Positions 16,646 to 25,618 of a stretch of DNA of 32,000 nucleotides are shown here, one piece after another. Position 1 is the stretch's first letter. Each line of letters starts with the position of its first letter. Source of the DNA: Candidatus Babelota bacterium (lineage in GTDB: Bacteria; Babelota; Babeliae; Babelales; Vermiphilaceae); NCBI GenBank assembly GCA_039809905.1, contig JBDHVY010000001.1, forward strand, positions 270,001 to 302,000, in the 5' to 3' direction. The notes under the pieces are model-generated. The model was not told where the DNA came from. It saw only the letters and a program-made list of their open reading frames with translations, and did no database searches. The translations under genes were made by a program, and so were the position numbers.

Positions 16646-18109
16646 TTATTTTAAATATTTGCCAGCTATCTCAAGATGTTTTTTAAGTTTTTCACGTTTC
16701 ATTTTTTTTAATAATCCAATTATCAATCCCATGCGAGCATTAGATGAAAACATTTCCTTATGTTTATCTATAAAGCTCCAATACAAAGCATCCCAAATCT
16801 CTACCCATGAACCAGATCTATAATTCGACATTTTTTTAATATAGGAGGAGGCAGAACAATAAGGCTTTGTTACCATACTTCCTCCATCTGCATATTGACT
16901 CATCCCATAGACATTAGGAACCATCACCCAATCATAGGCATCAATAAACATCTCCATAAACCAATTATAAACTTCATGTGGATGAGTTTCTGCTAATAGC
17001 ATAAAATTACCCAATACCATTAATCGCTCTATATGATGCGCATAAGCATATTTTAAGACATTCTTGATAACATTATCAACAGGATTTATTCCAGTAGTTG
17101 CCGACCAAAAAGTTTTTTCTAGACGGTTTTTGTGATGAAATACATTTTTTTTACGCTGAACGTTTCCAGCAACTACATAGATACTCCTAACAAACTCACG
17201 CCATCCAAGAACCTGACGGACAAATCCTTCTATTTCATTCATAGGTATTTTATTCTGAAATCCATAATCAACTACTTGCCGAACAACATCATCCGGAAGT
17301 AAAAGGCCAACGTTAAGAAGAGGAGACAACAATGAATGGAAACCAAACGGATGCTCAATATGCATAGCATCTTGATAAGTACCAAAATAACGTAGCTTAG
17401 TTTGTAAAAAATTCTTAAACCAATCTTCAGCTTGCTGGTGAGTTACAGGATATATAAAACAATCAACATAGCCTGGATTATGTGTAAAATACTTTTTTAC
17501 ATAAGCTCTTGCTTGCCTGACATACAAACATTCATTTGTCTCCGGAGTTTTATTAAAATGCACGCTACCATCAAACATTTTTCGGTTTTGAACATCAAAA
17601 CTCCATTTACCTCCACGAGGCCTGCCATGATACATCAAAATATCATACCGTTTACGCATGTATTGATAAAAAGAAACCATCGAATAGTGTTTTTTCCCCT
17701 TAAAATAAAGCTCTACATCTGGCAAAGATAAGAAAAATGATGGAGAATTATGCATTGTTATAAAAAATTTAGCTTCATCTGCAGTCTGTAGAATTTTTTT
17801 TGCCAAGGCTTTATCAATAACATCAAAATAATCAGCTTGATTAATTTTCTCTTTTTTAAGCAGCAAAAAAATTTTTTTCAACCCACTTTTGCATTCATCA
17901 TGCTGATAATAGATAACACGCTTACCCTTCTTCTTAAGTAATGCTGCATATGCTTGCATAGTAGCCCGATGGAACATGATTTTTTGCTTATGAAATGCAA
18001 AAGCATGAAAAAAGTGTGGATCTTCAATAAGCACTATATGTGAATGTTTCTCAATCAATTCATGATGCTTAAAAAGCTGATGCGGAAACAACAACAATGA
18101 ACTCTTCAT
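16646..18109 (-). CDS. cryptochrome/photolyase family protein (PhrB/DPRP type)
   Basis: GFVRQVLGWREFVRSIYV, YAYAHHIERLMVLGNFMLLAETHPHEVYNWFMEMFIDAYDWVMVPNVYGMSQYADGG. Confidence 0.9.
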   Translation of the reverse strand: MKSSLLLFPHQLFKHHELIEKHSHIVLIEDPHFFHAFAFHKQKIMFHRATMQAYAALLKKKGKRVIYYQHDECKSGLKKIFLLLKKEKINQADYFDVIDKALAKKILQTADEAKFFITMHNSPSFFLSLPDVELYFKGKKHYSMVSFYQYMRKRYDILMYHGRPRGGKWSFDVQNRKMFDGSVHFNKTPETNECLYVRQARAYVKKYFTHNPGYVDCFIYPVTHQQAEDWFKNFLQTKLRYFGTYQDAMHIEHPFGFHSLLSPLLNVGLLLPDDVVRQVVDYGFQNKIPMNEIEGFVRQVLGWREFVRSIYVVAGNVQRKKNVFHHKNRLEKTFWSATTGINPVDNVIKNVLKYAYAHHIERLMVLGNFMLLAETHPHEVYNWFMEMFIDAYDWVMVPNVYGMSQYADGGSMVTKPYCSASSYIKKMSNYRSGSWVEIWDALYWSFIDKHKEMFSSNARMGLIIGLLKKMKREKLKKHLEIAGKYLK

Positions 18110-18204
18110 AATTCTTTTTTATTATTCAAAAGTGTTTATCTATATTTGGCAGCTTACAAAAATAGATCTTAAAAATAAAGTCCTTAAAAAATTGGTAACT
18201 TTTT

Positions 18205-19176
18205 TTAATAAATCCATTGATAACACCTATTCCATCTCACACGTCGCCAATAATCAATAGGATGCTTAATTAAATCAACAATCCACCACCCTTCATCACT
18301 ATCAATTGACCATAAGCGAATAATTAATCGTCCATGAATATGTTCTTTTTTAATTGGTCCAAAAAAGCGACAATCTTTACTACCTAAACGATTATCACCC
18401 ATCCCCCAATATTCATCATCGCCAAGTTTGACAAAAAACACATCTGATTTGTTCCAATTATTGCGTGTTTCATCTGGTGATAATTTACCATCTCGTGGAT
18501 AAAGCGGTGTACCAGGTACCGTGAGCATCAAATTTCCTTCTTCATCACGTAAAACACGGTCCTCATGAAAACGATAAAATGGTTGTTGTTCATATGATAC
18601 AGTTGAATCATACGATCGCGGAGCAAGAGCTTCTTGTGATATACGCTGAGCAATATAACGATCGATTTTTAACTGATCAACCTTCTGTTCGCGTGATAAA
18701 TTACTAACTTCTGCTTCTATATCTTTTATTATAGCATCAACATCTTGTGATAACTCAGTAAGCAATGGATATGCATTAACATAAGGTTCATTCAATTTTT
18801 CACCATTACGATATATAACAGGTTTGCCATTTTCAATAGCACCACGAATAGTATCACCAGGAATTCCAATGATACGCTTTGTCCAATTCTGAGGTCCATA
18901 CACATATCGCTCAAATAATCTTTTAAAATAATTATCAGAATATTCATATTCTGGATCATTCATAGCAATAATTTCACCATGACGCGGGCCTCTAAAATTA
19001 TAAGTTAATTTATCAGACAAAAAACGTTCGCCAACTAAAATTGTTGTTTCCATAGAACCAGTTGGAACCTGATATAACCCAAATCCATAGGTACGGATAA
19101 GAAATACAATAATAAGGAGACCAACAATTTCAATAATATTCTTACCTTGTTGGTTTTTGGTTGTGTGATGAGACAT
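18205..19176 (-). CDS. lepB: signal peptidase I
   Basis: PTGSMETTILVGERFLSDKLTY (catalytic Ser box), WTKRIIGIPGDTI (Lys box), DEYWGMGDNRLGSKDCRFFGPI. Confidence 0.95.
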   Translation of the reverse strand: MSHHTTKNQQGKNIIEIVGLLIIVFLIRTYGFGLYQVPTGSMETTILVGERFLSDKLTYNFRGPRHGEIIAMNDPEYEYSDNYFKRLFERYVYGPQNWTKRIIGIPGDTIRGAIENGKPVIYRNGEKLNEPYVNAYPLLTELSQDVDAIIKDIEAEVSNLSREQKVDQLKIDRYIAQRISQEALAPRSYDSTVSYEQQPFYRFHEDRVLRDEEGNLMLTVPGTPLYPRDGKLSPDETRNNWNKSDVFFVKLGDDEYWGMGDNRLGSKDCRFFGPIKKEHIHGRLIIRLWSIDSDEGWWIVDLIKHPIDYWRRVRWNRCYQWIY

Positions 19177-19199
19177 ACAATTCCTTTTTTTATTTAAAA

Positions 19200-19751
19200 T
19201 TATCTACGTTTATTTATTTTTTCATGATCAATAAGCCATTGTTTTCGCGCAATTCCTCCACCATATCCACCAATATTGCCACCCTTTCTTATAATACGAT
19301 GACAAGGAATTACAATTGCTATGTAGTTAGCTCCATTGGCATTAGCAACTGCACGATAAGCAGTAGATTTTCCAATAGATGCTGCTTGCACTGCATATGT
19401 TATTGTTTGACCATAAGGAACATATGTCAGCTGATTCCAGGAGCGTTTCTGAAATGCACTACCCACAAGATATAGCGGCGTTTTGAATTCCTCAAGCAAA
19501 CCTTCAAAATAAGATGTTAATTCTTGAGTAATTGATGTGATTGGATTGGTCACACCTGAGATAATAATTGCATTTGCCTTGAGTCTAAATTTTTCAATTT
19601 TATCTTCTAAACCTTGCTTATCTGCAAAATCTAAAAAATAAAGATCTTTCTCATCACCAATTGCAACCATTCGGCCAAGCCTTGTCTCAATTAAAGATGA
19701 TTGTAGGATTTTCTTCGAATCAGTTTTTTGTTTATACACATCGGTAATCAT
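19200..19751 (-). CDS. ogt: methylated-DNA--protein-cysteine methyltransferase
   Basis: IPCHRIIRKGGNIGGYGGGIARKQWLIDHE active-site motif. Confidence 0.93.
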   Translation of the reverse strand: MITDVYKQKTDSKKILQSSLIETRLGRMVAIGDEKDLYFLDFADKQGLEDKIEKFRLKANAIIISGVTNPITSITQELTSYFEGLLEEFKTPLYLVGSAFQKRSWNQLTYVPYGQTITYAVQAASIGKSTAYRAVANANGANYIAIVIPCHRIIRKGGNIGGYGGGIARKQWLIDHEKINKRR

Positions 19752-19921
19752 TAAAATCCTATCATTAATTTCATTAATATAAGTTGCATCTCTAGCTATT
19801 ATCAGTTTACTTCAAAGCTTTTTTTATACAATTCTTGTTTTTTACAAATTAAAAATGCTATTATAAAATATGTAAAAAATATAATGCCTTATGGGACATA
19901 TTTATATAAAAAGGATGATTC

Positions 19922-20437
19922 ATGAAGAAATTATTACTTTCAATCGCTATGACGCTTGTAGTAACATCAGGATTGCACGCAATGTCAAGAAGTGACATTG
20001 CACGAGAAATAACATCTGCATTAGGAAATCTTCAATTGAACGCGCTGGATCCCCGAGAATCCGTTGCTAAACAACAAACAGCTGTAACCAATTGGACCAA
20101 TGCTGTTGATAAAGCAAAAAAATTCGTTGTTGAGAACAGTAAAGATTTACTGAAAAAAGTTGATCCGGATTTAGCTCAGGGCTTATCAAAACTAGATCAG
20201 CTCAACAATGATTTTACCAATACGATAAAAACAATCCGAGGAACTATGCCTAATGCCCCGATTAGCAAATTGTTGCCAATATCAAACGATGCAAAAAAAC
20301 TTGGTGAGCAATTTCGATCAAAATCATTTGTACTTTCAGGAAAAAAAGATGCAGCTTTGCTTATATCAGTAGTAGCAGAATGTATAGCAAGCGGTGCAAA
20401 ATATCTTTACAATGATCTTCTTTCAAAAAAAAGATAA
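19922..20437 (+). CDS. exported protein, unknown function
   Basis: Signal peptide MKKLLLSIAMTLVVTSGLHA. The mature region is predicted helical. Confidence 0.7.
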   Translation: MKKLLLSIAMTLVVTSGLHAMSRSDIAREITSALGNLQLNALDPRESVAKQQTAVTNWTNAVDKAKKFVVENSKDLLKKVDPDLAQGLSKLDQLNNDFTNTIKTIRGTMPNAPISKLLPISNDAKKLGEQFRSKSFVLSGKKDAALLISVVAECIASGAKYLYNDLLSKKR

Positions 20438-20470
20438 GTAATTTTTAATCAGCTTAAAGATCAAAGCTTT

Positions 20471-20520
20471 TATGAATAAGATAAATATAAAAACCAACTT
20501 TTATATTTATCTTATTCATA
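20471..20520. repeat. perfect 22-bp AT-rich inverted repeat, loop accaac
   Basis: tatgaataagataaatataaaa-accaac-ttttatatttatcttattcata, read directly. Confidence 0.9.
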
Positions 20521-20668
20521 ATCTCATATCAATAAAAACTAGACCCATCATAGCCAATTTTGGCCAATTATAGCCAAAAAACAAAGTCATAATCATTGCC
20601 ATAATCATTGCTTTTTTCTTGACAATGCGCTTATATAAACATAAAAACTGTTACAAAAAAGGAAGAAA

Positions 20669-21121
20669 ATGATGTGCCATTCCATTGTATTACAAGAACT
20701 TGGGCTAACCATAATTCGTATGAGTTTTGGTGTTATTTTTACCATATTTGGTTATACCAAATTATTATCTGGATCAGCTAAACTCACCGAGCTAGGAAGT
20801 GCAATGGGATTATTCGGCATAAAGTGGGGCTATCTTTTTTGGGGATATGCGGCAGCATTAACCCTTCTTTTTGGAGGCCTTGCTTTTGTACTTGGTATGT
20901 ATACCCGTATTGCATCTCTTCCATTACTATGGTTTTTGATAGTAGCTCTTTATTTTCATTTTCAGAGAAATGATCCTTTTACTCAATGGGCTTTTGCATC
21001 GCTTTGTTTATGTATTGTTGCAGCATTTTTTATAGCAGGAAGTGGAACATATTCATTAGATCATGCAATAGAAATGTGCACAGCATGTAAAAAATCTGAA
21101 CAAAAAACTACCAATAGCTAA
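20669..21121 (+). CDS. DoxX family membrane protein
   Basis: RMSFGVIFTIFGYTKLLSGSAKLTELG..., 4 TM segments, FGGLAFVLGMYTRIASLPLL. Confidence 0.85.
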   Translation: MMCHSIVLQELGLTIIRMSFGVIFTIFGYTKLLSGSAKLTELGSAMGLFGIKWGYLFWGYAAALTLLFGGLAFVLGMYTRIASLPLLWFLIVALYFHFQRNDPFTQWAFASLCLCIVAAFFIAGSGTYSLDHAIEMCTACKKSEQKTTNS

Positions 21122-22599
21122 ATCCAATTACGTGGATCAAGAAGCTGAGAACAGGTAATAATATCATCAAAATAGGCGCGCTTAATAAGCGCGTCTTCTG
21201 CTCCTTCACTGCAAATAAGCACCTTATGAATTGTTTTATTTCCTTTATTAGGAAACAAGGATAATTTTTTTTCAAATTCTGCAATAACACTGGTACCAAC
21301 TTTGCCTTGCAAATATTTCATTTCACAAATGGTATAGACATTATCAGCACGATCAAAAATCAAATCAATTTGATAACCAGGATTTTCTTTATCTGTTGCA
21401 CGGCTAAAAAACACTCCGGAACGATAGTGCACACCAGAAAAATATAAGATCTTTGCAATTACATGATGATACTTTCTGCAAAATCGTTCAAATGCAAAAC
21501 CAAGCCACTTAATATAGCTATCAACTTTTAATGCGGCTCTTGGGTTATTATCATATACACCTGTTTCAATATTTTTTTGTAAGGGCTTAATAAATTTACA
21601 ATAAAAATGCATATAATTATCATCTATTGCGTAGCGCGTTAACATCGTAGTTTCTTCAAGATTAAATGGATAATAATGGGTAATAAAACCAGATTTTTCC
21701 AAATCAAGTAGCACATTAGTCAAGCTTCCTCCTGATGAAGCTCCAAGAAGTTCAGCCAGCTCCGTTCGCGTTGCAAATTTACGCGTACTGAGAAGATCAA
21801 TAATTGCTCGATAATATTTATTATTAGACATGCTACTGGTGAAAATACGCTCATATTCACGAGCAAAGAAACTACCCGATGTAAAAGAATTTTTACATAA
21901 ACTAATAAAGACTGAAGATTCCTTATTAATCCATTTTAAATATTCAGGAACTCCACCAATGGTTAAATAGGCATCAAATACTTCCCTATTGCTGCGCTTT
22001 TTAAGAAATTCTTTAGCTTCGTATACATTAAACTCTTTGAGATGAAATTCATACTGAGATCTATTGTATAATGCTTTTGAATGCAAAACATGATCTATCA
22101 TAAATGATGGAGCCGATCCACAGAGCACAATAACGAGCTTAGGATTATGACGAAAATAATTATCCCAAACATACTTTAATTCAGCAATTAATGTATCATC
22201 ATAGCGCGCAAGCCATTGTAACTCTTCTAAATAAATAGTCCACGTTCCCTTACGAGTATAATCATACAAAACTTCAAAAAACTCTCGCCAACTATGCAAT
22301 ACTGTTTTTGTCAGCAGATTACTTTCGGCATATTTTGCCAATTGGTTCACCGCGTGAGCCAACTGTGCTTTATGAGATAAACCCTCAATACCTTCAAATT
22401 TTAATAAATTCCTGTCTCTAAACGCTTGCTCGAGTAATTCGGTTTTACCTATTCTTCTTCGACCAAACATGATGATAATTGAAGCTTGTCCCGATGTACC
22501 AATTTTATCCAAACGCTCTAATTCAGCAACTCTTCCAATAAAATTTTTCTTTATTTTTATGCGTAATGGTTTCATAGCAATCCTCTCTTTTTTAGCCAA
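21118..22599 (-). CDS. AAA-family ATPase with C-terminal DUF234-like PD-(D/E)XK domain
   Basis: Walker A MFGRRRIGKTELL, Walker B-like TIYLEELQW. C-terminal GFAFERFCRKYH...YQIDLIFDRADNVYTICEMKYL. Confidence 0.85.
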   Translation of the reverse strand: MAKKERIAMKPLRIKIKKNFIGRVAELERLDKIGTSGQASIIIMFGRRRIGKTELLEQAFRDRNLLKFEGIEGLSHKAQLAHAVNQLAKYAESNLLTKTVLHSWREFFEVLYDYTRKGTWTIYLEELQWLARYDDTLIAELKYVWDNYFRHNPKLVIVLCGSAPSFMIDHVLHSKALYNRSQYEFHLKEFNVYEAKEFLKKRSNREVFDAYLTIGGVPEYLKWINKESSVFISLCKNSFTSGSFFAREYERIFTSSMSNNKYYRAIIDLLSTRKFATRTELAELLGASSGGSLTNVLLDLEKSGFITHYYPFNLEETTMLTRYAIDDNYMHFYCKFIKPLQKNIETGVYDNNPRAALKVDSYIKWLGFAFERFCRKYHHVIAKILYFSGVHYRSGVFFSRATDKENPGYQIDLIFDRADNVYTICEMKYLQGKVGTSVIAEFEKKLSLFPNKGNKTIHKVLICSEGAEDALIKRAYFDDIITCSQLLDPRNWI

Positions 22600-22617
22600 C
22601 TAGCTCTATTTTAACTC

Positions 22618-22658
22618 ATACTTGGCTAAAATTGCAACTAAACATTTAAGCCAAGTAT
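22618..22658. repeat. inverted repeat atacttggct ... agccaagtat
   Basis: Perfect 10-bp arms upstream of the ATPase gene. Confidence 0.5.
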
Positions 22659-22848
22659 TATCCTTTGTGAAGCTACTTGGCTGTCAATCGTCTATTTTCA
22701 AATAGATGCCATTATCACCTATCATCGCAATAGCAGAATAAAACTCAAAAAGTCTTGCTTTATCTCATACTTTCCATAAACTATAACCAGGCAAAATAGG
22801 CGGAATAATATAATGGCTCTTACAATATATATACAATAAAGGATACTC

Positions 22849-23235
22849 ATGTTGAAAAAAATGGCACTTAGCGCATTATTAGCACTATCAACTATTGTCT
22901 CAGCACAAATCAATCTTGATCTTGACCTTATGATTTCTGATACAGCTACTGAACGTCACGCAACAGGATCTGTTGTAATTGATGAAAATGTAGTAACATC
23001 TATCATTTTTAACGGTCTTGAATCACTTATTATTACAGTAATCGCACAAGAAAATGAAGAAGGTGTAACTGTTCAAGCACAATTTTTCCAAAAAATGGAA
23101 GATGATGAATTAGTTCCTATGACTGAACCTCTTGCAGTACAAATGGCACGTAATGAACCAGGAACAATAACAATCAATGAACCAGATAATAACGGCTCAC
23201 TAGTTCTTATTATCACTCCATCTTTCGTGGAGTAA
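22849..23235 (+). CDS. small exported beta-rich protein, unknown function
   Basis: Signal peptide MLKKMALSALLALSTIVSA; 128 aa, acidic mature part. Confidence 0.7.
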   Translation: MLKKMALSALLALSTIVSAQINLDLDLMISDTATERHATGSVVIDENVVTSIIFNGLESLIITVIAQENEEGVTVQAQFFQKMEDDELVPMTEPLAVQMARNEPGTITINEPDNNGSLVLIITPSFVE

Positions 23236-23275
23236 AATTATTCCCATATCCTATTTTGCTAAAAAAACAAAAACA

Positions 23276-23313
23276 GGGTTCTTAGGCATTGACCTTAGAA
23301 CCTTTATTTTTTT
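23276..23313 (+). terminator. rho-independent terminator
   Basis: gggttcttagg-cattga-ccttagaacc (one mismatch) followed by a T-rich tract ttatttttttg. Confidence 0.7.
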
Positions 23314-23379
23314 GCTCTCATCACAATTATTCAACACACATATTTTTTAATAACATACTAACATCACAAAAGATAACTC

Positions 23380-23634
23380 ATGAAAACAACTATTTCACTT
23401 GCATTACTTTTCTGCGTAATTACATCTACAACAAACACCATGCACAAATCCAATACAACAGACACTATGTATAAAACCAAAAGTAATCAAAAGCCTTATA
23501 GAAAAGAGCAATATCCACAGATAATGGAAACGAGAACAAAGAAAAAACAGCAAGCTATAGAAAGAAAAGAAAAACAAAAACAATTTACCTTGCAACGCTC
23601 ACAAGAATTATCTCAGAAATATAATAGAAAATAA
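23380..23634 (+). CDS. small exported basic peptide, unknown function
   Basis: Signal-like MKTTISLALLFCVITSTTNT, then a Lys/Gln-rich 60 aa. Confidence 0.5.
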   Translation: MKTTISLALLFCVITSTTNTMHKSNTTDTMYKTKSNQKPYRKEQYPQIMETRTKKKQQAIERKEKQKQFTLQRSQELSQKYNRK

Positions 23635-23680
23635 CTCTCATTAAAAATCTCATAAAATATACGTCAATAATTCATAATAC

Positions 23681-23718
23681 AGTATTGGGCTCGTCCACAA
23701 AAGGAATAGCCCAATACT
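23681..23718. repeat. inverted repeat agtattgggct ... agcccaatact (11-bp perfect stem)
   Basis: Read directly in the intergenic region. There is no strong T run. Confidence 0.6.
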
Positions 23719-23831
23719 ATCAAAAATGTTTATCTTAAAATCTGCTCTTGCTTAACCAGTAGATAATTATATTGAATTGTAAAACATAAACTTGTTAACT
23801 TACCATCTGATTATTTAAAGGAACTTCTCTA

Positions 23832-24815
23832 TTGGAAGGAAATCTAACAGTGTACATGTTTATAATTTTGTTATTATCTAGTTTTATTTATCCTAATATC
23901 TATGGTGAAATCATTAATCATTCAAACAAACAACCAGATATTGTATCAATTGCCACTCAATTAGCTGCAGGTCGTCAGGGCGTACGAAATAACAATCTAT
24001 CGACAACAAAAAAACGTCATCGTTCCATTGCTGATACCAACCAGAATGATGCAACACCTCAACGAGCTATTATTATTGGTGCTTCTGTGGGAATGGGAAA
24101 AGAATTATCCAAAATGCTTGCTGCTGATGGATACATCGTTGGTATGACGTCTCGTAGAATTGAATTACTCCAAGATATTCAACAAGAAATTCCTACACAA
24201 ACGTATATTGCTCAGATGGATATCTCTCAACCAGAGCAAGCAATAGATACACTCAATAAATTAATTGAAGAAATGGGCGGGCTCGATTTAATAGTTATTG
24301 CAGCAACTGGTTTTTGGGATTGCGATTTTGATGATAACGATTGGCAAAAATCATTACCTGTATTAACTGTTGATGTTGTCGGCTTTTTTGCAGTTGCACG
24401 GACCGCACTTAATTTTTTTGAGGAACAAGGCTACGGCCATCTTGTTGGATTTTCATCTATGGATGGAGTACGTGGAGTTGCTGGCGCTCCAGCGTATTCA
24501 GCATCGAAGGCATTTTGCTCACGTTATTTAGAAGCTGAACGTAATAAATTTATGCAAAAAAATATGCCTATTCATGTTACTGAATTATGTCCTGGTTGGA
24601 TTAATAGCAGAGGAGATCTTGATTTTGATGAGTTACCGCATGCTTATTGGGTTGAATCACTTGATGATGCAATGAAAGATATTATGGAAGCTATCAAAAA
24701 CAAAGAACATGTTGCCTATATTACACGTCGTTGGCAAAAAGTTGCTGAGTTATTACATTACATTCCTGCAGATCTTTATAATGCACTAAGCGCACGCCCA
24801 GGTGGAGGATTTTAA
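23832..24815 (+). CDS. short-chain dehydrogenase/reductase with N-terminal hydrophobic signal
   Basis: RAIIIGASVGMGKELSKMLAADGY Rossmann motif; catalytic S/YxxxK = FSSMDGVRGVAGAPAYSASKAF. N-terminal VYMFIILLLSSFIYPNIYG. The true start may be the internal ATG at 23853. Confidence 0.85.
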   Translation: MEGNLTVYMFIILLLSSFIYPNIYGEIINHSNKQPDIVSIATQLAAGRQGVRNNNLSTTKKRHRSIADTNQNDATPQRAIIIGASVGMGKELSKMLAADGYIVGMTSRRIELLQDIQQEIPTQTYIAQMDISQPEQAIDTLNKLIEEMGGLDLIVIAATGFWDCDFDDNDWQKSLPVLTVDVVGFFAVARTALNFFEEQGYGHLVGFSSMDGVRGVAGAPAYSASKAFCSRYLEAERNKFMQKNMPIHVTELCPGWINSRGDLDFDELPHAYWVESLDDAMKDIMEAIKNKEHVAYITRRWQKVAELLHYIPADLYNALSARPGGGF

Positions 24816-24832
24816 TAAAAAATAGAGACGCT

Positions 24833-25618
24833 ATGTTAAAAAAAAGAATAGTTTTATTACTTTTCGTTTCATTACCATCGTATTGCGCTATGGCTCCTGC
24901 AATGAGGCAGTTAATTATCAGTAAACCTTTTTTTGATAATCCTCATAATATTATATGCGCTATCAAAAAAACTATCGACAAAATCGAACGCAAACGATTA
25001 TCTTATCCTGATTATGCAGCAAGAAAAGGAATTATTTGGAGCGATTTTTGGATAAATACACAAACACCATCAGTAATTGAGGAATGTAAAAAAAACATAA
25101 AAATAACTTTGATAGATAACAAACTACAAAAACATAATCCTGAATCTATCTTCAATTATCCAACATTAAAGAATATTCTCTGCCAAGATATCTTGCCAAA
25201 AACATTGACGCTCATCAAAACGAGCGGTTGGTCTCGTTTACCAGAGAAAGTGTTTGCACAATTTTTCCTTCAACGATGCGAAACAAGCGAACCAATGGAT
25301 TGGCACCAAGATCCGGGAGAAGATTATGATACAATGGCAGATTTTTCTTTAGCGCTCATGCTCAGCAATCAAAATGATCCAGTATACGGTTGGCAAGGAG
25401 GAACATTTAAAATACGATCTGGGTTACCATTGGATGCATACAGTGAAAATGATGTTGAAACTATTATTCCTGAATACAACCAAGCTCTTTTATTCAATAA
25501 TAAAATACATAGCCATGCAGTAACAGCAATTACAAGTACCCATGGAAAGCGAGACCTTATTGTAGTTCCCTTATATCTGGGAAAAGAACCCAAACCAATC
25601 ATAGAATTTAAAGAATGA
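24833..25618 (+). CDS. exported 2OG-Fe(II) dioxygenase-like protein
   Basis: HxD in MDWHQDPGEDYD, distal His in NNKIHSHAVTAITSTHGKRDLIVVPLYL. Signal peptide MLKKRIVLLLFVSLPSYCAMA. Confidence 0.6.
   Translation: MLKKRIVLLLFVSLPSYCAMAPAMRQLIISKPFFDNPHNIICAIKKTIDKIERKRLSYPDYAARKGIIWSDFWINTQTPSVIEECKKNIKITLIDNKLQKHNPESIFNYPTLKNILCQDILPKTLTLIKTSGWSRLPEKVFAQFFLQRCETSEPMDWHQDPGEDYDTMADFSLALMLSNQNDPVYGWQGGTFKIRSGLPLDAYSENDVETIIPEYNQALLFNNKIHSHAVTAITSTHGKRDLIVVPLYLGKEPKPIIEFKE

Noticed and set aside
17432-17731. ORF 17432..17731 (+)
   Set aside because: Antisense within the photolyase gene, which has overwhelming motif support on the minus strand.
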